Positions 30,080 through 41,400 of a DNA stretch of 64,000 bases are shown one piece after another. The notes below the pieces were generated by a model. The model made no database searches. It was not told where the DNA came from and saw only the letters and a program-made list of their open reading frames with translations. Source of the DNA: Candidatus Hydrogenedentota bacterium (lineage in GTDB: Bacteria; Hydrogenedentota; Hydrogenedentia; Hydrogenedentales; SLHB01); contig CAVUWV010000024.1 in assembly GCA_963745075.1 (NCBI GenBank), positions 256,001-320,000 on the forward strand, given 5' to 3'. Numbering within the stretch: the first letter of the stretch is position 1; the number at the start of each line of letters is the position of its first letter. The position numbers were made by a program, and so were the translations under genes.

Positions 30080-31533
30080 TGACGCAGACTTTCGACGCCA
30101 TTCGACACACATTGAGCGAAGCCGAACAAGAACACGTTCTCCGGTATTGGCCGGAACTTTCGGAAGCAGAGCGGCGGCAGCTTGACGACCAGTTGGCGTC
30201 CATCGATCACGATCTCATGAAACGCCTGATCGAAACCTGGGTGCTCAACGAACCGCCTGCGGAAGTGTTTCGAGAGATCGAGCCCGTGCCCACAATCCCG
30301 ATCGCCGACCCGAGCCGTCCGGATGCGCGAGACGCGTGGGTCGTGGGTGAGGAGGCCCTGCGCGCGGGTCGCGTCGGCTTGTTGCTCGTTGCCGGAGGAC
30401 AGGGGACGCGGCTGGGATACGACGGACCGAAGGGCGCGTACCCCATCGGACCGATTACGGGACGGTCGCTGTTCGCGTACCATGCGGACAAAATCCACAA
30501 TGCGCAACAGCGCTACGGTTGTACGCTTCCCTGGTACATCATGGTGAGCGAAGCCAACCGCGACGAAACCCGGACGTTCTTCGAAGAGAACGACTATTTC
30601 GGACTGAAGAAAAAGGATGTTTACTTCTTTACCCAGCGTATGGTGCCCTGTGTCGACGACGAAGGGAAGTTCATGCTGGATGCGCCGGCGCGGCTCGCGA
30701 TGAATCCGAATGGGCACGGTGGCGTAATCCCTGCCGTAGTCGAGAACGGTATCTCGATAGACGCCAAGAAACGCGGCGTCGATACGCTCAGCTATTTTCA
30801 GGTCGACAATTGGGCATTGAAGATAGCCGATCCGTTCTTCATCGGGTACCACATTCTCGGCGGCGGAGAGATGTCGTCCAAGATCCATCGCAAGACGGAC
30901 GTCCGGGAGTCCGTCGGCGTGCACTGCTTGTGCGACGGCGAGTACCGGACCATCGAGTACTCGGAACTGGATATCTACCCGCAGCTATTGGAGACCGACG
31001 CGCAAGGGCGGCCTCGTTATTACGCGGGAAATCCTGCGATTCATATCATTTCCGTGGACTTTATTGAGACGGTGTTCAGCAAATTCGACGCGTTTCCGTG
31101 GCATCGCGCCCATAAGAAGATACCGTACTTGGACGCGTCCGGCCGGCGCATCGAGCCCGAGCACGCGAACGGCTACAAATTTGAAACGTTTGTCTTCGAT
31201 GCCCTCCGGTTTACGACCCATCGTCCCATCGCGCTGGAAATCGATCGGGCCGGCGAATATACGCCCATCAAACAATTCAGCGGCTCCAACAGCGTAGAAG
31301 CGGCACGCGCGTCGCAACGGGAACTCTGGGGAAGCTGGCTGGAAGCTGCGGGCTACCTGGTTCCCCGGAACGAATCGGGGAAGGTCGCGATTGAGATCGA
31401 AATCAGTCCCCGGTACGCCAATTCCAAAGTGGAGTTTGTTGCGCGTGCGAAGGACTTGGATTTTTCATCGGGCGGAGATATCGCGATTGGACCCGATGGG
31501 ACCGTTCAATCGGCGTGCTGCGACGCGGGATAG
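30079..31533 (+). CDS. UDPGP-family nucleotidyltransferase (UDP-N-acetylglucosamine pyrophosphorylase, UAP-type)
   Basis: VAGGQGTRLGYDGPKG, PNGHGG, QVDN, EYSE, AHKKIP, NGYKFETFVFD. Confidence 0.9.
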   Translation: MTQTFDAIRHTLSEAEQEHVLRYWPELSEAERRQLDDQLASIDHDLMKRLIETWVLNEPPAEVFREIEPVPTIPIADPSRPDARDAWVVGEEALRAGRVGLLLVAGGQGTRLGYDGPKGAYPIGPITGRSLFAYHADKIHNAQQRYGCTLPWYIMVSEANRDETRTFFEENDYFGLKKKDVYFFTQRMVPCVDDEGKFMLDAPARLAMNPNGHGGVIPAVVENGISIDAKKRGVDTLSYFQVDNWALKIADPFFIGYHILGGGEMSSKIHRKTDVRESVGVHCLCDGEYRTIEYSELDIYPQLLETDAQGRPRYYAGNPAIHIISVDFIETVFSKFDAFPWHRAHKKIPYLDASGRRIEPEHANGYKFETFVFDALRFTTHRPIALEIDRAGEYTPIKQFSGSNSVEAARASQRELWGSWLEAAGYLVPRNESGKVAIEIEISPRYANSKVEFVARAKDLDFSSGGDIAIGPDGTVQSACCDAG

Positions 31534-31541
31534 CCGTCTCG

Positions 31542-32501
31542 TCAGGCGGGAGCTTGCGGCGTGGGGTCCGCCGGCGCCACGAGCTGAAGTGCGGAAGGCA
31601 GTAACTCGATCGTCGCGGGCAGAATCCCCGGCTGTTCCCCATCCAGATTGAGCAAAACTCGTTCGGAAGAATCTGCTACCACGCGGGTCGCGGAAAAGCG
31701 GCGCACGAGATCGGCGCGCTTCACATAGCTGCCCGTATAGAACCTTGGCAGGTTCACTACAGCCTTCCAGAAACCAATGTCGCCCAACACGTAGACTTCA
31801 AACGTGCCACTATTCAGGCGAGCGTCTCGGGCCACATGAATGCCGCCTCCGTAATATCGGCCATTGGCAATGATGACGTTGACGGTGCGTTGCTCGAGAA
31901 TCTCGTCATCGATCTGAAGCCGCACCAGGGGATTGTGGAACGTTGCCAACGCGCGCAACGCCGCCCCCAGGAATGTCAGGAACGGGCCGAAGAACTTCGA
32001 CTCCCGGTTCACGCGTTCGACCACGGCGCCGCCGATCCCGAAGTCCGCCACATTGAGAAAGTACTGCACCTGCTGCCGGCCTTCATCCGAGGGTGAGAAC
32101 GTTACACGCCCGATATCCACTTTCGTCGTGTGCGCGCTGTTCAAGTGCGCCAGGGCGTCGGATCGATCGCGAAGGTCTAAGGTCCGGGCAAGGTCCGAGC
32201 CGGTGCCATGCGGATAGATGGCCAAACTGGCGGCAGGGTTCACGGGGAGATAGTCGTCAAAGAATCCGTTCAAAACCTCGTGATGCGTTCCATCTCCGCC
32301 GACACTGACGATTCGAGTACATCCCGATCGCAGGGCGTTTCGGGTCAAGGTTGCGGCATGCCAGGGGCGCTCGGTAATGAAGGCGTCGAACCGGGGAAGT
32401 CGTTCACGAAATCGCTTCTCCAATTCGGGCCATGCTTCACCCGCGCGCCCGTTCGCCGCACGCGGATTAACAATGACCGCTACCCTCGACGTGGGGTCCA
32501 T
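31542..32501 (-). CDS. Diacylglycerol kinase family lipid kinase (YegS/DgkB-like)
   Basis: IVNP, VGGDGT, GTGSDLAR, NGRYYGGG, LDGE. Confidence 0.9.
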   Translation of the reverse strand: MDPTSRVAVIVNPRAANGRAGEAWPELEKRFRERLPRFDAFITERPWHAATLTRNALRSGCTRIVSVGGDGTHHEVLNGFFDDYLPVNPAASLAIYPHGTGSDLARTLDLRDRSDALAHLNSAHTTKVDIGRVTFSPSDEGRQQVQYFLNVADFGIGGAVVERVNRESKFFGPFLTFLGAALRALATFHNPLVRLQIDDEILEQRTVNVIIANGRYYGGGIHVARDARLNSGTFEVYVLGDIGFWKAVVNLPRFYTGSYVKRADLVRRFSATRVVADSSERVLLNLDGEQPGILPATIELLPSALQLVAPADPTPQAPA

Positions 32502-32502
32502 C

Positions 32503-33933
32503 TCACACGCGCACGTCCGAACCGCGGCCCATTCGGCCGGGGTGGCGCGCCAACACCGGCAAGACCTCCTGCGCGATGAACTCGACGACCTGCTCGGGCG
32601 CGCGGCCTACAAACTGCCGCATGTCGAGAACGGATTCAATCTCGGCAGCGGTCATGCCGATGGCTGGATCACCGGCCAGCCGTTCGAGCAGATCGTTATC
32701 GGCGCCCTCCATCTTGACGCGCTGGGCCGCCGCCTGGGAATGGGTCCGAATCACCTCGTGGAGTTCCTGGCGGTCGCCGCCCTTCTTCACGCAGGCCATG
32801 AGGATGTTTTCCGTGGCCATAAACGGCAGCTCGGCACGAAGGTGACGCTCGATAACCTTCGGGTAGACCGCTGGGTTTTCCATGACGTTGAGATAGAGAT
32901 TCAAAACCGCGTCGCAGGCCAGAAACGCTTCTGGCAGGCTGATCCTTCGTATAGCGCTGTCGTCCAGCGTCCGTTCAAACCATTGGACCGCGGTGGTCAG
33001 TTCGCTGTGAAGCGGAGCGACCATGAGGTAGCGAGCCAGGGCGCAAGCGCGCTCGCAGCGCATGGGATTGCGTTTGTACGCCATGGCGGAGCTGCCAATC
33101 TGCTTCTTCTCGAACGGTTCCTCGATTTCCTTTAAGTTCTGTAGAAGCCGCATATCCGTGGCGAATTTGTGAACGCTCTCGCCGATCCCCGCCAATACCT
33201 GGAGCACATGCGTGTCGACCTTGCGCGGATACGTTTGACCGGTCACCGCGTACGCCCGGTCGAACCCGAGTTTTTCCGAGACGCGAGCCTCCAGCGCCTT
33301 CACCTTTTCGTGATCGCCTTCAAACAAGGCAAGAAACGAGGCTTGGGTGCCGGTCGTTCCCTTAACGCCTCGGCAACGCAGACGCGCCAAGATTCGCTCA
33401 ACGTCCTCGATGTCGAAAAGAACATCTTGCGCCCACAGGCAGGCGCGCTTGCCGACTGTCACGACCTGTGCCGGTTGATAATGCGTAAACCCGAGGGTGG
33501 GCAAATCCTTCCACTGTTCTGCGAAGGCCCGCAACCGGTCCAGGACGTTGACGGCCTTCGTCAGAATGATTTCGAGCCCTTCCCGGAGGAGTATCAGGTC
33601 CGTGTTGTCGCCTACGAAGCAGCTCGTCGCGCCGAGGTGGATGATAGGCTTGGCCTTGGGAGCGACAAGTCCGTACGTATGAACGTGCGCCATGACGTCG
33701 TGGCGCAACTCCCGTTCAAATTGTCTGGCGGCCTCGAAGTCGATATCGTCCACGTGGGCGCGCATCTCGTCCAGTTGTTCATCGGAGATGGGTAGTCCGA
33801 GTTCCTGTTCCGCCTCGGCCAGGGCAATCCAGCAGCGGCGCCACGTGGAAAACTTTCGTTGGGCGCTCCAAAGCTGGGCCATTTCTTTCGTCGCGAACCG
33901 CTCAACCAGCGGGCTGATGTATTCCGTGGTCAT
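32503..33933 (-). CDS. purB: Adenylosuccinate lyase
   Basis: [34 protein letters not shown]. Confidence 0.96.
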   Translation of the reverse strand: MTTEYISPLVERFATKEMAQLWSAQRKFSTWRRCWIALAEAEQELGLPISDEQLDEMRAHVDDIDFEAARQFERELRHDVMAHVHTYGLVAPKAKPIIHLGATSCFVGDNTDLILLREGLEIILTKAVNVLDRLRAFAEQWKDLPTLGFTHYQPAQVVTVGKRACLWAQDVLFDIEDVERILARLRCRGVKGTTGTQASFLALFEGDHEKVKALEARVSEKLGFDRAYAVTGQTYPRKVDTHVLQVLAGIGESVHKFATDMRLLQNLKEIEEPFEKKQIGSSAMAYKRNPMRCERACALARYLMVAPLHSELTTAVQWFERTLDDSAIRRISLPEAFLACDAVLNLYLNVMENPAVYPKVIERHLRAELPFMATENILMACVKKGGDRQELHEVIRTHSQAAAQRVKMEGADNDLLERLAGDPAIGMTAAEIESVLDMRQFVGRAPEQVVEFIAQEVLPVLARHPGRMGRGSDVRV

Positions 33934-34787
33934 TCTCGGTTGGTCTCCCCATACATGTTTTTGTCGAATTCCCGTCGCCAACGGCGGTGCAAATCATCCC
34001 GGCGAAACAGGCGCATGAGCCCGTACGTCAGTGAACCGCAGCGCCGCTGTCGTTCCAGCGCGAGTTCGTTGGTAGGTTCCAGTTCCATGACACGCTGATA
34101 GTAGAAAATTGCCTGCTCGTAAAACCGCAATTCACGAAAACTATCACCCAAACAAAGCCAACAGAGCGGCACGCGAGGGCTGAGATGAGCCGCCTCGGCG
34201 AGATGGCCGGCCGCCAACGCGTAAAGACCCGCATCCATCAGGATCCAGCCGGCGAGAAAGTACGGTTCCCAGGGATTCTGCGTCAGCAAAGTTGCCTCAT
34301 CAAACTGCTCGAGGGCGTGCGATCGAAATCCGGGCTCCATCCGCAAGAGCACTTCGCCCCGGATGCAGCGCGAGTACCAGGACCGGTCGCCTCCCTCGAC
34401 GCTCACGTCGGAACAGGCGAGCGCCTCATCGTACCGCCGGAGATGCGCCAATACCAGGGCACGCGACGCATAGAAAGGCCGCACGCGGCGGTAATTCTCG
34501 TAGGCTTCGTTCGCGGCGGTCTCCGCCTCGTCGACGCGGCCGGCGCGAATCAGCGTGTCGACCAGTTCAACCCGGGCGGCATAGTGTCGATCGTCGTAGC
34601 CGATTGCCTTTCGGTAGAAATCAGTTGCGGCCCTGAAGTGGCCGGATTCGCGCATCTCCCGCGCGGCGCGGTAGAAGGACGGCGCATCGTGAGGTTGCAC
34701 CCGTGGCGTCGGGGCCGCCTGGGCTTGCGGCGCCTTCTTTTCGATGCCGATCGTGCTGTCGAGTTCGAGCCAGTCAAAGCGATCCAT
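33930..34787 (-). CDS. Tetratricopeptide repeat protein
   Basis: Starts [10 protein letters not shown]; several TPR-like helical repeats; overlaps the purB start. Confidence 0.8.
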   Translation of the reverse strand: MDRFDWLELDSTIGIEKKAPQAQAAPTPRVQPHDAPSFYRAAREMRESGHFRAATDFYRKAIGYDDRHYAARVELVDTLIRAGRVDEAETAANEAYENYRRVRPFYASRALVLAHLRRYDEALACSDVSVEGGDRSWYSRCIRGEVLLRMEPGFRSHALEQFDEATLLTQNPWEPYFLAGWILMDAGLYALAAGHLAEAAHLSPRVPLCWLCLGDSFRELRFYEQAIFYYQRVMELEPTNELALERQRRCGSLTYGLMRLFRRDDLHRRWRREFDKNMYGETNRE

Positions 34788-36327
34788 CGTGCGGGCTTCC
34801 GATGCTCTCGATGCGCTGCAATGATGATACCGCGCGGGCACGGTCGCGTGACCAGTCGCGAAGGTCCTGGATTCGCTCCCGCATGGTTGTGGCCAGGGGA
34901 ACGGTTTCTCCGATTGCCTGGGTGATGTCGCCGGTTTCCACTTCGCGCTTTGCGAAGAAGCTGTCGTGCATGGCGGAAATGATGGCCTGTTCGATCTCCG
35001 CACCGCTGAACCCCTCCGATGCGAGGGCAAGGGCTTCCAAGTCGAACTTGTCGGGATCGCGGCCGACCCGGCGCAAATGAATGGCGAAGATTTCGCCGCG
35101 TTCTTTCGCGCGAGGCAGGTCCACGAAGAAAATTTCATCCAGCCGTCCTTTGCGCAACAGTTCCGGCGGGAGATCCTGCACGTCATTGGCGGTCGCCACA
35201 ACGAACACGGGCGCCGTTTTCTCCTGAATCCAGGTGAGGAAGGTCCCGACGACCCGGGCCGTGGTACCGGAATCGGAGCTTCCGGACCCGCCGACGCCAC
35301 TGAATGCTTTCTCGATTTCATCGATCCACAGCACGACGGGCGCGACACTTTCAGCGACTTGCACCGCTTTCCGCATGTTCTGTTCCGAGCTGCCGATGTA
35401 CCCTTCGAAGATTCGGCTCATATCCATGCGAATGAGGGGGAGTTTCCAGGAGGCGGCAATGGTTTTTGCCACGAGACTCTTTCCACAGCCTTGCACGCCC
35501 ATGAGCAAAATGCCTTTGGGTTGGGGAAGCCCGTAGCGGCGGGCCTCATCGGTGAACGCGCGCACCCGCTTGCTCAACCAGTCTTTGAGGATGTCCATAC
35601 CGCCAACGCCGGACAGACCGCTGGAAACGTCGTAGAACTCCAACACGCCGGACTTCCGGATGACCTGCCGCTTCTCGGCGGCGATGGCGTGAATGTCGCC
35701 GGCGTCCAGCACCTTGTCCAGGACGATGGCGTGGGCGAAGGCGTTCTCGGCTTCGGTCATCGTCAAGCCTTGCGCGGCTTTGATGAGGCGGTCCCGTTCG
35801 TCTGCCGTGAGTCGAACCTCGAAACGGCGCGATGTGCCCGCACTCTGGATCGTATGTTCGAGGAGCGCGCTCAGATCGGCGTAACTCGGCAGGGGGAGAT
35901 CCATGATTGTGACAGACTTCTCCAGTTCGTCGGGCAATTTCAAAACTGGCGAGAGGATGATGATAGTCTTTCGAGTTCGCCGCAATGCGATCGCGAGATC
36001 GCGCATTTGCCGGACGATCTCAGGCGCCTCCAGATAGCAGTGAAAGTCCTTTAAGATATAGAGAGCGGAAGCGTCGGACTGGAGAATCTCGTTTAGCACG
36101 GCCAACGGCTCCCGCGTGCGGCGCCGGTCGGGGCTGCTTTGGCGATTCCCGTCCATCGACCTGAGCCCGTCCGTGATGCTCCATTCAAAGAGGGACTTTT
36201 TGAGGTTCGCCGCCAGATCGATGAAAAGTTTTCGCGCACGGTCTTCCTCCCACGTGACGAGATAGACGAGGGAGTACCGCGCCCGGATCAGATGCTCCAA
36301 ATCTTTCAGGAACGGTATCGACATCAC
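34774..36327 (-). CDS. AAA+ ATPase, Ycf46-like
   Basis: [43 protein letters not shown]. Confidence 0.9.
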   Translation of the reverse strand: MMSIPFLKDLEHLIRARYSLVYLVTWEEDRARKLFIDLAANLKKSLFEWSITDGLRSMDGNRQSSPDRRRTREPLAVLNEILQSDASALYILKDFHCYLEAPEIVRQMRDLAIALRRTRKTIIILSPVLKLPDELEKSVTIMDLPLPSYADLSALLEHTIQSAGTSRRFEVRLTADERDRLIKAAQGLTMTEAENAFAHAIVLDKVLDAGDIHAIAAEKRQVIRKSGVLEFYDVSSGLSGVGGMDILKDWLSKRVRAFTDEARRYGLPQPKGILLMGVQGCGKSLVAKTIAASWKLPLIRMDMSRIFEGYIGSSEQNMRKAVQVAESVAPVVLWIDEIEKAFSGVGGSGSSDSGTTARVVGTFLTWIQEKTAPVFVVATANDVQDLPPELLRKGRLDEIFFVDLPRAKERGEIFAIHLRRVGRDPDKFDLEALALASEGFSGAEIEQAIISAMHDSFFAKREVETGDITQAIGETVPLATTMRERIQDLRDWSRDRARAVSSLQRIESIGSPHDGSL

Positions 36328-36974
36328 CCCACGACGGCGTCTTTCGTGGCAAGTTCAAAACCGTCATCCCTTGCCACCGCGGCGACGGCAGTAACCGGGT
36401 TTGAACGCGCCGCAAAGATCCCTGCTCCCAAAACGAAGTCGCAGGCCGCCTCGGCCGAATCCACGGAGAACGAGCCGCCTTGATCGGCGGCGAGGTCATT
36501 CTCCTCGTACGTGGCGACGTAGCGAAACGTGCCCGGTTCGAGCGTCACTCGGGCGACGGTTAGTCCATCTTCCCGCACGGTCCCCAGCCATGCGGCCTTC
36601 GTGCCCTTATCCAGGACCGCGCAAATCCGTGGCGTATTGTATTGATCGTGTTCGAAATCCAGCGCCAGCAGGGAAAGTACGAGCGCGTCCCGTGGGGACA
36701 TGCCGGCCGCAATCTTCTCGGCAATCGGGTCGGTCTGACTCCCGTTGGTCACGACCGCAACGTCTCCTTCACAGACGACGCGTGCGCAGTTATACGCAAT
36801 ATAGGGGTTCTTCTCAACGTCGGACTCGAAACCCGGTTTCGGGATGATGCTAACCGAGTCCTCGCGTGCCACGGCATACCGATTCGGGAATGAACGGCTC
36901 GATACCCGATAGGCGGCATAGAGACGCTCATCCTCCGTCACTCCCACACAAACGATTCGCCCTACATAGATCAT
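36324..36974 (-). CDS. purO: Archaeal-type IMP cyclohydrolase
   Basis: YVGR, YRVSSRSFPNR, NPYIAYN, TNGSQTD, FEHDQYNTPRI, ATYE. Confidence 0.88.
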   Translation of the reverse strand: MIYVGRIVCVGVTEDERLYAAYRVSSRSFPNRYAVAREDSVSIIPKPGFESDVEKNPYIAYNCARVVCEGDVAVVTNGSQTDPIAEKIAAGMSPRDALVLSLLALDFEHDQYNTPRICAVLDKGTKAAWLGTVREDGLTVARVTLEPGTFRYVATYEENDLAADQGGSFSVDSAEAACDFVLGAGIFAARSNPVTAVAAVARDDGFELATKDAVVG

Positions 36975-37066
36975 GCCATTCCCCTTCCCAGCCAATACCT
37001 TCGTGCAAAGCGGTATTATAGCGCGGGGCGCAGGCGAACGGCGAATGGACCAATACCATCAGAGCG

Positions 37067-37645
37067 CTACGGTTGCAACGGCGCGTTTTCCGCTTCCGGC
37101 GCGCGCTTGATGTCATCCCAGTCGCTGTACGCGTCCTCATTATCAATCCACTTCAGAAAGAAACGCTGCATGCGCTTGGGCTCGGCGGTGAAGACAAACC
37201 AGTCGTCAAGCTTTTCGTGGGATACCCAGAGGCGGCCCTTCTCGAGTCGGTCATTCATCCAGTCGTAGTCGAGGGTGCGGAGGCGAAACGTATCGCCGTC
37301 GCGCTCGTACTGCCAGATCGCATGGGCCGGAATAAGCATGAACGACGCAAAATCACCGATGCCCGATACCTCCGTGGCCTGTAAGTCGAGGAACTGGTAT
37401 TTCTTGAGTTGCACCAAATGCGCCGAGAGGGTGACGGGGTCGTCGTCCCCCGAAAGCACGGTGAGCGTATACTCGTTCTCGCCGGCCTTCTCGAATATCC
37501 ATCGGTCATCTTCCTCGCCCCAGGTACCCTCCAGTCCCGGGTCGTAGACAAGGTCTTCGTCCGTGTACAGCGGATGCAGGGAAAGCGGGATACAGCCGGA
37601 AACGGAAACGAACAGCAGAATGGATAAGGCGTTTCGCGGTTTCAT
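37067..37645 (-). CDS. Hypothetical lipoprotein
   Basis: VSGC lipobox followed by IPLSLHPLY..LEGTW. Confidence 0.75.
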   Translation of the reverse strand: MKPRNALSILLFVSVSGCIPLSLHPLYTDEDLVYDPGLEGTWGEEDDRWIFEKAGENEYTLTVLSGDDDPVTLSAHLVQLKKYQFLDLQATEVSGIGDFASFMLIPAHAIWQYERDGDTFRLRTLDYDWMNDRLEKGRLWVSHEKLDDWFVFTAEPKRMQRFFLKWIDNEDAYSDWDDIKRAPEAENAPLQP

Positions 37646-37756
37646 GGCAAGAACCCTCCGTGTGGCATAGGATGCCCCCCGTGCGAGGCGCCCCCCACTA
37701 AATATTCATCCTTATGGAACGGATTAGGTTGCCTTTCGGATTCCGAAATCTGTCGG

Positions 37757-38452
37757 CTACACGCATGGATCGCTCATAAGGTCACAGCCACCGGCGCTGT
37801 TCTCAGTACAGTGGAAATCTTCATTGCCGTTGTATTCACAATTCAACCCGATGCAGCAGTATTTGTTTCCCTTCGTGGAGGCGATTACCGTTCCGTCGGG
37901 TGCGGTGGCCATCCGCGAGGGTCGAATCACGTTTGCCTTCTTCGCCTTGGTAATCGTCTTGATTCGCTGGCCGTGTGATGGTCCGGAATAGCTCTTGAAC
38001 GCCGTCGAGAACAGCGCGTGGACCTTGTAGGTTGCCCATCCATTCGCGGCATCCAGAAAGCCTTCGGACACGAGGTCATTCACCTTGGCTTTGTCGCGGG
38101 CGTGGAAGTAGGGCACGAAAATGCCCGCTTCATCGACTTTTTCCGTCGCGGTCCAGACGGGATCTGCAGGATCAATTACACGCTTGCACAGGTCGATTAT
38201 GGGCTCCTTCTCCCACCCGTTCTGTTTGATCGCATCCACCAACGCCTGTAGACGGGCTTGCGTGTCCGGCAACCCGAGGGGGAACTGGATTTCCGTCGGA
38301 GCCTGCCCAACGCGCTCGGCGTGTTCCGTGAGAACCTCCGTGTACGCTCTTGACGAAAAATACTCGTCAAAAGTCATTTGGTGTATGAGATACAACATCC
38401 TCCGTTCGAGCATTCCAGTTTTGGGGTCTGTAGGTACGAAATAGTCTGCCAT
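37757..38452 (-). CDS. Hypothetical protein with six-Cys C-terminal tail
   Basis: 231-aa ORF with GGAG RBS; ends KYCCIGLNCEYNGNEDFHCTENSAGGCDLMSDPCV. Confidence 0.7.
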   Translation of the reverse strand: MADYFVPTDPKTGMLERRMLYLIHQMTFDEYFSSRAYTEVLTEHAERVGQAPTEIQFPLGLPDTQARLQALVDAIKQNGWEKEPIIDLCKRVIDPADPVWTATEKVDEAGIFVPYFHARDKAKVNDLVSEGFLDAANGWATYKVHALFSTAFKSYSGPSHGQRIKTITKAKKANVIRPSRMATAPDGTVIASTKGNKYCCIGLNCEYNGNEDFHCTENSAGGCDLMSDPCV

Positions 38453-38495
38453 GATCTCCCGCTCCTTCCCTTGATTGTTCGTGTCCCCATATTCG

Positions 38496-41400
38496 TCAGC
38501 GGGCGGCGATAGCGAGGCGCACCCGCTGAAACGGTCCCCGCATCAAAACGATTTCCACAGTCGCTCTTTCGCTTGATTTCAGTCGGTCGATCGTGTGTGC
38601 CAGGCTCGACTGTAAGTCTTCAAACGAGGAGACGACTTTATCGTCGATCTGTATAATCCGGTCTTGGTACTGAAGGTGCAATGCAGCGAGTGCACGGTTC
38701 TCCATCGCATTCGATCCGCCCGACATTTCAACTCCCGGCCCCGCAATCGTTCCCTCGGGGAGTTGAGCTATACGCGCCCTGATCGCGTCGCTCTGCTGTG
38801 CGTCAGTGATCTTTGCTCTAGTCTGGACGGTCAGGCAATGCATCAGTGCTTCGCGCAGTTCCTCGCCGGAAAGATCGACTCTATCCTCGATATCGGCGAC
38901 AGCGAGAACGTCGTACACGATGTGCACGGACCGGTCACCGCGTTCGAGGTCAAGCGCGACGGTGGACCGGGTGCGATCTGAAACGTCTTGCCGGATCCTC
39001 TCGATCGTGCGGGCGCCGTCGGGCGACAGCAGGGATACACCGTCGAGTTCGATGGGACGGTCTCCGGAGCGTATCCCGAGGTATTGAAGGTTCACGGCCA
39101 ATTGCGGATTCACCGCGGGAGGGCGTTGGGCTTTGGCTGCGGGCGTGGCTTTGTACATATCATCGATCGCTTGGATCACATACGCGAGAACCGTCCGCGG
39201 TGTGGCTACCACAAACGCCGTAGCACCAGAGTAAGGGAGCGGGGGCGCCCCATCGGATTCTATGTTTCTGCGATATATTTCATAGCGGTCGCGCCAGGAC
39301 AAAGCAGGCTCGCCGGGCAAGCTGTCGAGCCTCCAGGGCGCGGCCCGATCGGCGCAAACCGTCCCGTCCAGGCTCGCCGTAAGAATCGCCGATTGGTCGG
39401 CGTCATAGTACATTCCTGAGTGTACCTGACGATATCCGCCGATTGCGACAAGCTCGCGTGGATCCGCGAGAGTCCACAGACGACCCACCCGCGAACCCTT
39501 GTCCAAGCCGTACATGCGGCCCAATTCCGGAAGCAACGCGATGTAAGTACTGTGAATTGGGCTCGTGACCGGGGGCCGAGCGGTCCCTGAATCAAGCGTC
39601 CACACCAGTAGGTCGTCATCGAGGGCCGCAATGTATACGGCTTGCCCATTCGGCATCACGGCAATGCTGGAGATCTCCGCATCGTGCCCCACAAGTTCGC
39701 GTGACCTCGCGCCGGTTGCCAAATCCCAGATTGACGCGGATCCATCATGTGCTCCGGAGATTAGACCTGTACCGTCCGGCAGGAACGTCAGGGCGGTCAC
39801 CCTATCGCGGTGGCCGGCAAACTGGAGGAGTTCCGCGCCCGTTGGATGCGTCGAACAACCGCAATGCGCCGTCCCAATACCCGATAGCGAGTCGCGTCGA
39901 GTCCGGCGAGAATGCAAGCTGGCTGATGCGGCGCGACGAATTTGTGATTCGAACGGAGACTTTTCTTTCGTCGATACGCCAGAGCAAAGGCGTGAACCAA
40001 TCGTTTGCCGTACATAACAACGTTCCATCAGGACTCAGCGCGAAAACCGGATAGGGTTGGATGTCGAACGACGAGAACGCGGCTAGCCCCGTATTTGTCT
40101 TATAGTTAAATATATGCACAATATCATCGTGCGTCCGAAGCGCGATGCGATTCAGTTTGCTGGATACACCCATAATTGGCAGGCCTTCACCAATATCCGC
40201 CAAGACGACTTCATCGGGAGCCCGGCGCGCGTTCCAGACATGGACCACGTGGTCCAGGCCAAGGGAAAGAAAGTGGGTGCCATCCGGGCTGAATTCGGCT
40301 CTCTGCACCAGCCCGGTGTGACCGGCGTATCGGGTAACCATCGTTCCCGTCGGCACGTGCCAGATTGTGAAGTCTCCAGTCTTGGTAAAGGTCAACAGGA
40401 GCGTGCCGTCAGGGCTGAATACCGCGTGTGATTCCGTATCGCCATGATTCAACTCAGCAAGCACTTGTCCGTCGGCGGCGTTATAAATCCACGTATTTCC
40501 ATTCAGACCGCAAAGAGCGAGTTTCGTCCCATCGGGACTGTAGCAGGCGAATTGAATGGGCGAAGACTGGCTCAGCCTGAGGCCGGTTTCGCTCCCGGTG
40601 TCGGCATCGTAGCACCTGGCTCGAGAGCCTTGAATAATGAGTAGGTCGTGCGTACCGGGTCGAAAGACGGGTGATTGACCCTGAAGAACGAGATTTGGGT
40701 TCTCCGAATCCTGCTCCCACACCGAAGTCGAATCGCGGTCCTCAATAAAGATCAGCGAGCCGTCCGAACAAAAGGTGACCCGTGGAATCAATTCGCACTC
40801 GTTTGGGATCTTCCTGCCCCGTGCTTTGGTTCGTACATCCCAGAATTCAACGCTGCAATCCAGGGCAACAACGAGCAGCTTCGTCCCGTCCTCGTTAAAT
40901 ACGATGGATTTGATTACGCTGGGGCTTGGACCCAGGGTTGCAACCAATTCGCGGGATTCCACGTCCCACAAACGAATGTCGCCGTCCATTCCACCCAGGG
41001 CGAGGAGGGAACCATCGGGACTGTAAGACATGGCCAGTGTCCGGCCTGCGCTCGCAACTTCTATTGTGCCAAACGGATTGCCGGTCTGTGCGTCCCAGAT
41101 CTTCGCGCCTTCTTCGCGGGACAACGTCGCGATTTGCTTGCCGTCCGGACTGAAGGTTCCGACGGCACACCCGGGTAGCGTGAACGTGGGTTCGTTCGCG
41201 CGATTGAGGAGATAGCCCCATTCCCAGTTCCGAAGGTGCTCCGGCGTGGACCACAACGCTTCATTCGCCTCCTCCCGGTGATGGGAATCGAGGTATTCCG
41301 CAGCAAGCCGAATGGTCGCGACGTACTGCTGGCGTTCGGCCCGGTCCCGGGCTTGCTCTGCGTTGACGCGCTGAATCTGTTCTCGATTGCGTGAGACCGC

